Of a stretch of 64,000 nt of DNA, positions 55,501 through 64,000 are shown in pieces. Made by a program: the position numbers and the translations under genes. Under the pieces are notes generated by a model, which saw nothing but the letters and a program-made list of their open reading frames with translations, was not told the DNA's origin and did no database searches. Position 1 is the stretch's first letter. Every line of letters begins with the position of its first letter. The stretch spans positions 28,582,001 to 28,646,000 of the forward strand of contig NC_045138.2 in NCBI RefSeq assembly GCF_008831285.2, read 5' to 3'. This stretch comes from Nymphaea colorata (taxonomy: Eukaryota).

Positions 55501-58500
55501 GAAAAATATGGAGAGGTTGAAAATTGTAAAAAAATAATAGAAAAATTATGAGAATTTTAAAATAATTGTTGAAATGTTAAAATAAAGCTCAAAAACATTG
55601 AAATATGTTAAAAACATTTTTTTAATCTGTGAAACACGATATTTTTGTTTTAATGTTTTTTTCTCCTGATATATTGTAAATTTATAATGTTTTTGTGGTT
55701 TTTTTTCTGTTTTTTCAAACTATGTGTGACAAGGATTTCTACCTGTGGAATGGCACAATTGGTTTCAGCAAATCTAAGGACATATACAAATAGTGTTGTT
55801 CAAATCAGAGAGCTGCCATGCAGTCTTGAAATATGCTGATATTTAATATTTATAAAATGATTCATGTCCATTAGAGACAACATTTCTAGCATGCACTATG
55901 TGTTTTGACTTTGTATTTGTTCTAGGTGAACTTTGGAGCTTTATGACCTTATTATCGGCTTGTTCCCCCTTATCAAGCATGACTTGTGTTGATGAAAGTT
56001 TGATATTACCTGAAAATCTTTGCAAGCAGAACAGTGTAAATTAATGGTCTATTCCCTAAAAAAAAAAAGCAGACTCTTTTTAGGTTTCCGAGAAAATACT
56101 GTCCTTTAACTTGTAAACAGTGCAAAAGTTTTCGGGAACCTTCTCTAATTTCTTGGTTTTTCGACCAGGATGCAGGAAAAGAAAGTAAAGATGAAGCTTT
56201 TCTGCTCCTCTCTGAAAGCTTGTGGCTTTATTTATCTACTATTCTGGAGATCAATCTAGGCCTTCAAGAACATGTAAGACTTCTGACACTTATCACAACC
56301 TTCAAGGACATGTAAGAATTCTGACACTTATCACAGTGGTATCTCATATGTATTGTGCTCTATGGCATCAAAATGGACTATCAATGTTGCAGTGATATCT
56401 ACAAAACTTTTTTATTTTTGGAATATTACAAATTAAATTGCTTTTGCGGTCTTTATCTTTAAAACCAAATTTTGGAGACTGCTGATTTTGAGCATCGTGT
56501 GCATCAATGTTATCCGTATCGTATAGGTCGAAGAAACCTATACGATACATATTCGATACGTGATACGCGTGCGTATCGTACGCGTATCGCCCGTATCGTA
56601 CGATACGGGAGAAAAATTAAAAAGGGGCCCAACGACCCCTTTTTTGCATGCTCTTTTAAAAGCTACGCTCCTCTCTCTCTCTTTTCTTGTTTCTAAACAC
56701 TGCAAGAGACGTGGGAGGGAGAGATTTTTTCCATTTGCATCAAGCTTTGCCAGTGAAGAAGCTTTCTTTCTCGTTGCGAGGACGGTGGGGATGATTGACG
56801 AGGATTATTGTTGAATCATGAAAGATGATAACTATATGTTTTAGCTTTTGAACTTATGAATTATGATGTAATCGAATGACCGCTTATCATGTTATTTTGA
56901 ATGTCTCATTTCTTATTTTGGAATGTGTTCTTTATACTTCATACTTCATAATTCATATACGTGAATGTTCCTTTAAATACATTTTTCTTGATTTTTTCTG
57001 ATTTTTGTTTTTTTTTTCGGATTTTTTTGGATTTTTTGTAATTTTTTTCTATTTTTATGACTTTTAATATTTTTTAAAAATTAAAAAATTAATTTTACGA
57101 TACGTTATGATACGGCATATAGGTCGGCCCGACCGATATGCGATACGCTATGCCTTTGATAACATTGGTGTGCATATTCAGGGATTCTTGAACTTGATCT
57201 GGTAAACAGTAAACTTCTTTTGGTCTGCAGCTATGGAGTTGCCAGCATTCAGGTTATTGGATGAGTTGATTCACATAGATCTGCAAACTTTTTTTTTTAA
57301 AAAAAAGCAACTGCAGATGATTCAATTTCCTCTTGGTTTATCATATTTTAGTTGGTGCCATTTCAATGTTGACATATGTTGCTTTTTTAATGTCAATATG
57401 TGGCGCATATTTAGGTGAATCTCATATTTTTAGTGAAGTAGGCATACAAGATGTTTGTTTCCATCTCATCTAGATTATTTAAAGAGGTTTCCTCTATATG
57501 ATTTTTTCTCATTGTCAGCTTGGTAGAAGAAACAAGTTGGTTAAAATTTAAATAGCTCCTATGCTCTCTTTTTTTGTACTTTGTGGGGCTTAGTAATGCA
57601 CCTGAATGTCATATTTTTGTATCTGTGCTTTCTAGGGTCTTTTTGATGCATTGATGTTAATGATGCGACTGGCTGTTTCATACTGCACTGAAGAGCACCA
57701 AACCTTGATTGTCATGAAAGGATATCAGATTCTGATGGCAAAAACATCATTCCTTCATAGAGACTCGTGTTTCTTCAGTGCTTCTGCATCGGAGGACATT
57801 ATAAGACGAACTACTGCTTCCTACTTTTCTCTGTTTGATAAATGGCTTGTCTCTTTGCTAGCTTCAGTCGTAATTGCTCTTCGTCCTCGTGTGATACTTC
57901 CAGATGTATGGATGTTATTAAAGATTTTCACTGTGGCAGTTATTACTGGACTTGAAGCAGCAGCTCAAGCATTGGGATCCATGGTTAACAAATGGCCAAC
58001 AGCATTGGACACTGATATTGTTGGTGCATGTACACTTGAAGATGCATTGGACTTCATATTGAAAATTGTCTGTGACAGCAGCCGTTGGAATAATCAGTCA
58101 GTAAAATGTGTAAGTTTGGCTAACATTCAAAAGAATATTACGCATATCAACATTGATGGAGGATGTTTTGTTGACACTCATGCTGTAGTTGGGATTGCAT
58201 GGATCACAAAAGGTTTGGTGATGCGAGGTCATGAGAAGGTCAAAAACATGGCAACGTTTCTGTTGGAATGTTTGTTATCAAGTGGAAGAGTCAAACATTT
58301 GACAGTACAGATAGACAATGGCAGCTTTAAGGATAAATCAGTAGAAAGCTTCGAGGATAAATCATTTGAAGCCTCCATCAGTGCTGCCGATGCTTTTCAG
58401 TTAATTTCTTCTGATTCTGAAGTTTCTCTAAACAAAATCTTCCATGCATCTATTCGTCCGCTATATAAGCAACGCTTCTACGCAAGCATGATGCCTTTGA

Positions 58501-61500
58501 TAAGCCATAACATTGCAGAATCTGATTTTTCTGTAACCAGGTATATCAATACCTAGTGATTGATCCTTTTGGCCACTTTTCTGCTGTGCTTTTGCAGTGT
58601 CTCATTTGGATGTATATTGTACTTGTATTTGTCATAGTTTGTCTGAAGTTGGTGGTGTAGATCATATACCATGTAGGCATGTGTAAGGATCTGTACTACA
58701 AAATTCTTCAAAGATGTTTTTTTTACTCTAAATATTCAAAAGAATTTCACTGCACATTGATCTTGAATCATTGTCTTTGCTTTAGGATTTATGCAATATT
58801 TTTTGTATTATGTCATTTTTGAGACAGGATAAATGTATCCGTTTCTCTTCCTCACGTCAAACTCTGATACATTTTTTATGCATAGTTTTAAAAGTGTTAA
58901 ACATTTTGTTTGAAGTCATTTGTTCTGTTGCAGTGGATAAGGGTTATTACCTATCCAGGTTCTTACCTTGAAGGAATATATTTACATCAGGATAAGACTT
59001 AGTTTTCCTTCCTTACCTTTGAAATCTTTCCATGAGTCATTTATATAGATTGCATGCATATTACTATTGCAGAGTTGAGCTACATCTCTTACATGTGGTT
59101 ATAGGATTGCTTACTTGCATAGGATTGCTTAATTCCAGATTTTTAAAACGAAGGCACCTGATGGAGTTCAAGTATTTTTCTATAAGTACATGAATAAGCA
59201 CGGACATTGCAAAAGGTTGTGTGAAAATTGTAACATGTTAATGAGGAATACTTAATGTGAAGTACTTCTATATGGAAGTGTTTGTGTTCTGAGTTATGAA
59301 ATATGGATCTAGTGTTACTTGATTATCAGCTTGTATAATCAGCACTATTGGCTGGTTATACATGAGTGCTTGTGTGTGTATGTGTTGTATATACATGCAT
59401 ACTCGTTAAATGCCTTTTCTGTGCAAACTGAACTGGTAAAGGAATAAACTACATAAAGAACACAGTTGTCTGGGAACTATGTATTAGGTGATTGACAAGA
59501 ACTGCTTACGTGGAAGTGGTGGGCTGCCTTAATGAGACAGACTTCTTATGTTATAATTCATAGCTGCTGTGACATGATTATGATCATTTTGTGGTTGGCA
59601 GTGTTAGGATAGTTGGTCCCCTAGATCAGCAATTCATTGTAGTTACCGGTTAGCAATATCATTTTGAGTAATATGGACATAATTCAAACCGTGCATTGTG
59701 ATGTGCATGTAACACATACTCCTGCATCAAAATTTATTGTGGACATTGGACAACATTAAGATTGTGTGGAAGTTATAACCCTCCATCTGAGACACCTTTG
59801 TTCTTAATGCACTATGAATTTGCGGACTTTTTAAAGCTTAGGGTGAATTTCTTATGAAGTATTGATTGATTGGCTTTGTCACACCAGTTTTATCATGTGG
59901 ATTTTGTTACCTTAGTGTGACCCTGGTTTCAATTATATCTTATTTGCAGGTCACTTTTGTACCGTGCTCTTGGACATATTATCTGTAATGCACCTCTTGT
60001 GGCAGTTCTGTCAGAATCCAAGAAGGTAACTTTTGAATGTTAGAAACTTATAACTTATTTGCTTTCTCTTGGTGGTGTGCATTAACGTTCATACATCGTG
60101 CTTTATTTTCAGTGATTGACTATTGGTTCTACACTCATTTCTGACAGATAGTCCCATTGCTGCTGGACGGTTTAAGCACATTGAGTGAAGAACAGCTAAA
60201 TAAAAATCTCATCTACAGTCTTTTGCTTGTTTTGTCTGGGATTTTAGTGGATGAGATTGGTAAGATTTATCTATTTCTGATTCTTTAAAGAATCTGATAT
60301 TTGCTGAATAGATTTTCACTGGGAATTGAAGAAGGTCCACTTTATTTTTCCTCATCTATAAATTAGGATGCATTTCAAACTGCATAGGGATGACAAATAC
60401 TGATCTGTTACCATCATTTCTTGATTATACTGGACACTCCTTAAAAAAATGACCACATGAGCTACAAAGTTAGTCAAGCACAATTCAGCATGAAAGTGTC
60501 TTTTGCAAGTGTCTTTCAAACACATTATCACTTTTTATTATGCTTGCTCTTTGTGGCTATTGTTGCTATATCTTCATGATGGACATGAATGGAATATTTC
60601 CAAAATTAATCTTTGCAGATGATTACAGAATGTTTTTTGCAAATATATTTTCTCTGTATTTCCTTTCCATTACTAAGACATCCGTTTTTGTGGTCATGGG
60701 CGTCTTTTACTGCTATGTATCTACCTTGCAAGATACTTTCTGTAAGTTCATCTTTTTGTAAGCCAAACATTTCATATACAGGACTGAGGGAATCCTTTTT
60801 ATGAGCAGATGTTATTAAAGGAGATAATAATGCAAAAATGTGGGATTAACTAGTGTTAGAAAGAAACACTATATGTTGGAGGACCCTTGTTTAGTTTTTT
60901 TTTTTTTTCTTTAATTGCTAGACCATGCAATTGCTTAATTTGCTTTACTTTGAATGTGTCACAGTGGTCGGTTATGCCATGTACAAGAAATGAAGATGTA
61001 TATGTAGCGTGTGCTTCATTTTATGGAAAGTTACTGTCCTTTGGTTAAAATGTCATGTGGTATAAGTCTGAGACTACTTTAACAAGTCCAATTTTACACT
61101 GCATGCAGGAAAGGAAGCTGTTTTGGATAACATGGCTTCTATCATTAATAACCTTGTTCAACTAGTTTCGTTCCCTCACATGATGGTATTCTTACTTCAT
61201 CTTAATCTGTTGCGGAATAATAATATGATTTCTCTCTCTCTCTCCCCCCCTTCCATGCATATACAGCCTTCTATGCTTTTTTTGATAGGGTTATTGGTGC
61301 TTTCACATGCATATGAAATCAATGAAATTAGATGCTAGTGAGTTACTTTTTGTTGATTGGAACTTGCAATTGTCAACCTACCGGTTGACCTAGTTGGTGA
61401 CCAGCTGAGGAGTCTATGTCCATCTAGTTATCGGGACATGTTTCATAGACTTGTTGGCAGAGTAAGTCAACTCATTCCTAGTCGTTCATCAACTAGTAGG

Positions 61501-61848
61501 TTTTTGGTACATAGTATGTTTACTTCTTTTTCCCTTTTGTTACTATGTGAGGTTATGTGTGTGCGTGTGTATGTATATAGCCAACTTGGACAACCTTAAC
61601 AACAAACTCTCTCTTCATCAATTCTCAAGAGTGTGCTTTGAGATAGAGAGAATTGTTAGAGTCATCTCAACAGCTAGCTGTCAGGACAAACACACACACA
61701 CATGCACATACATACATAGACATATCTATCAAGCTTAACTAAGTACTTACCCATTTATGCTACTATATTCACTTCCTAACTAGCTAGTTACTGTATACAT
61801 ACTTGTTGAATGGCTTGTTCATGTATCTTTTGTTATTAACTAGCTCTT

Positions 61849-61886
<38 letters not shown>

Positions 61887-64000
61887 CACACACACACACA
61901 CACACACATGCATATACACACGGGCGCATAACTAAGTACTTACACATACACACACATGTGCACGTGCTTTGGACTAACTCAAATAGACAGGGCTTTGTTC
62001 GACCTTTGTCCAACTTCTGATTTTGACAACTTATCTGGAACTAACCTTTCATCATGGTTGATTTGTCATGGTTGTTGGTGGATTTCACCAAAATGGTGTC
62101 AATATTGGCAGACTCATCATTGGCATTGACGAAATTGATGTCCATTTTCTCATTTAACCATGATTGAGTTCATTTGGAGTGACTGCTGCTTCAGATTGAA
62201 GATCAGATACTTTATTCTGAGTTTGGGATTTTTTTTATGGGGCATTGGTAACTCTAGTAAAGAGAATACAAATTGTAGTGATCTAGCATCAAACATTAGA
62301 AGCCACAAGTTGTGAGTGTAAACCATTCAGCTGCAGAAAAAGAAGTAAAATACATGGAACAGGGGACGCACGAGCGAAGCCTGTGAACATATAACTGGGG
62401 AGACGAAAAATATGTGAACATGATATTGCATACAGGATATGAGAAGCTGTTAGATGGACACATCATATTGAACTTGCTCATCAATTATAATGTAATGGAC
62501 AATGGTAATAGTAGTTTAATGTATGATGTAATTTTAAACTTGATGAGTGATTAATATGGCAAGGACAATAATTGCTTTTTCATTCATATGACTATATCAT
62601 ATTGCAACATATGCCAAAATAATTTGGAAAAGTGAGTTATGCATTTTGCTAATGAAGGAAAAGTGAGTTGTGCATTTACTATAAAATGTTTCATTCCGCT
62701 TTAATGCCTTAGTACTTAAACTGAGACTTGTAGGCATTAAATTTTTAATAAATTGATTGAGATAATAAAATATGCAGATGGTATCCAATATAGATTGCAA
62801 TAACAAGCTACTTACCTGTTCACTTGTCTTTTCTTTTGGATGTTCACTCGTCTATGACATATTGATACTTGAGTTAACATGTTATCCTATATAAACATGA
62901 CATGGCACTTGGACTCACCAGGAGTTAACATGTTATCCTATATAAACTAGTGCGGGACACAATTAGCATTAGTTATTTAGTTTTTGTTGTCCTGATTGCT
63001 AGTTTTATCTACTTGTATTCATTAATTAAGATGATCAGTTATATTTGCTTTCAAGTTTGACCTAGCTTTGTTAGTAAATTTTTAGTTATAATGTTTCAGA
63101 ATACTGTTCGTAACTTTCCACTAGAAAATGTATTCATGTTCTATTGAACCACATACACGTGTATGTCTCGTGGCAAGGTCCTAATCATTGAAAAGCACCA
63201 TTTGTATGAAACGTATTTGTGCCTTGTCCAGTTCTAGTTATTTGTACATACAATTAGCTTCTGAACAAGTACAATCATGGACATTAACAATCACTAATGG
63301 GACTGGATAAATCCACCATGATACCACTCATGATTGCTTAACAACTACAAAAAGGTATGTATACCAGATTTAGCACAAAGATCATTGAGGGAGCATAGGC
63401 TTATGCTTATTTTTCTTGAAACATCGTATGTTACATTCATTTAGAAAATGTGATTACTTCTGACCTGCAAAATTCTTGAGATTGGCATTTCTGGATTTTA
63501 GCATGTGAAAGAATGACTGGTATTTGCTTAGTTCATGTACTGCATATATTTTGTGAGCTACTGCATTTGTTTTCTGGCCATCAATGTTGTTCTCATATTA
63601 CTATTTTCATGAGCATTTTGATCTCACTTTCCAAGTTCTCAGAGCTGCCAGCAGCAGAAACTTATTAGGACTTTTGCTGTATTTCAGGTTGTCCGTGAGA
63701 CTGCAATACAATGTCTTATTGCTATAAGTGGACTACCTCAAGTACAAATTTTTCCTTATGGTAGACAGGTTAAAATTTTTTCTTTCTGTTTCATTTCTTT
63801 ATCTTTGTCATGTTATCCCTTTGATATATATTCTTAAAATGTGACCATGTATTTCTTGCTTGAGATAGACCTTATGAGAATTGGTTAAATAATTCCTGCA
63901 ATTTAAATTTATGACACAAACTGGCTTTTGTAATCATATAAATAAATTCTATTATATGATGGTCAATGGACTGAGAACGTATTTATCCAGGTGTTGAAAG
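39985..64000 (+). CDS. MMS19: MMS19/MET18 cytosolic Fe-S cluster assembly targeting factor (HEAT-repeat), 3' end beyond window
   Basis: Exons: 39985(or in-frame ATG 39955)-40056, 42087-42149, 42289-42343, 43800-43897, 46940-47098, 47200-47259, 47397-47585, 49756-49809, 50603-50689, 50803-51556, 54413-54789, 54923-54996, 56169-56273, 57636-58540, 59950-60025, 60148-60259, 61109-61185, 63688-63768, 63991->end. Motifs VKEMEMYLTTSDAVTRARGILLLA, AIDEEKDPWCL, LGRYFPIYFTH, FEPFCIPLLLEKL, WITKGLVMRGH, IRPLYKQRFY, VVRETAIQCL. The exon 12/13 junction is 1 nt out of phase. Confidence 0.93.
41059..41121. repeat. (AT)n microsatellite in MMS19 intron 1
   Basis: Directly visible. Confidence 0.93.
44363..45294. 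mobile_element. non-autonomous hAT-type element (CTATGTCAC TIR family)
   Basis: Ends CTATGTCACATAGGTACG / CGTACCCGTGTATCATAG; exact 8-bp TSD gttttagt (44355-44362, 45295-45302); subterminal GGGTAC/GTACCC repeats. Confidence 0.9.
45785..46187. mobile_element. Tourist/PIF-Harbinger-like MITE
   Basis: TIRs GGGGGCGTTTGGTTG / CCATCAAACGGCCCC; TTA TSD (45782-45784, 46188-46190); internal GAAAAA/TTTTTC repeats. Confidence 0.85.
48123..49365. repeat. diverged ~300-bp tandem duplication in MMS19 intron 7; first copy interrupted by hAT copy A
   Basis: tcactaaaatctctgcttt...agaaggtt.agacacc...acagctc.tt.atattggaaa.tagcaa...ttgcacctgca.tgggtgctggtgctg.tccgactca occurs at 48123-49045 (split) and 49053-49365. 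Confidence 0.85.
48215..48830 (+). mobile_element. non-autonomous hAT-type element (CAATGTTAT TIR family), copy A
   Basis: TIRs CAATGTTAT / ATAACATTG; exact 8-bp TSD gttcagac (48207-48214, 48831-48838); subterminal GTATCG/CGATAC repeats. Strand is arbitrary, relative to copy B. Confidence 0.92.
52275..53541. mobile_element. non-autonomous hAT-type element (CTATGTCAC TIR family)
   Basis: Ends CTATGTCACATGGGT / ACCCGTGTCACATAG; exact 8-bp TSD cctgcaat (52267-52274, 53542-53549); subterminal GGGTAC repeats. Confidence 0.9.
56261..56336 (+). repeat. 38-bp tandem duplication across an MMS19 exon/intron boundary
   Basis: ccttcaagaacat|gtaagacttctgacacttatcacaa at 56261 and ccttcaaggacat|gtaagaattctgacacttatcacag at 56299. 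Confidence 0.9.
56505..57167 (-). mobile_element. non-autonomous hAT-type element (CAATGTTAT TIR family), copy B, inverted relative to copy A
   Basis: TIRs CAATGTTAT / ATAACATTG; exact 8-bp TSD gtgtgcat (56497-56504, 57168-57175); its right end (ataggtcggcccgaccgata...cgatacgctatgcctt) is the reverse complement of the left end of copy A. Confidence 0.92.
61847..61921. repeat. (CT)n(AC)n microsatellite in an MMS19 intron
   Basis: Directly visible. Confidence 0.92.

Overview
Flowering-plant nuclear DNA (intron-rich, many (AT)n/(CT)n microsatellites and small DNA transposons). Five spliced protein-coding genes can be reconstructed by hand: (1) an Aux/IAA repressor of the IAA18/26/28 type on the minus strand (~1.15-4.49 kb); (2) a LysM receptor-like kinase, LYK3-type (16.3-24.0 kb, +), with one GC-AG intron; (3) a senescence/dehydration-associated (ERD7/spartin-like senescence domain) protein (27.0-29.4 kb, +); (4) an uncharacterised S/T-P-rich protein (31.8-37.6 kb, +) whose first intron holds a decayed Ty1/copia fragment with a nested hAT element; (5) MMS19/MET18 (from ~39.96 kb, +, running off the window end). 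Introns and intergenic DNA carry at least five non-autonomous hAT-type elements with exact 8-bp target-site duplications, Tourist-like MITEs and several local tandem duplications. I found no convincing new multi-gene system. The most notable items are an apparent 1-nt phase break in MMS19, a duplicated splice donor in the same exon, an inverted pair of hAT elements bracketing six MMS19 exons, tandem donors and a uORF in the Aux/IAA gene, and the uncharacterised protein with a repeated SPPKTC motif. Exon coordinates are manual and not transcript-validated.
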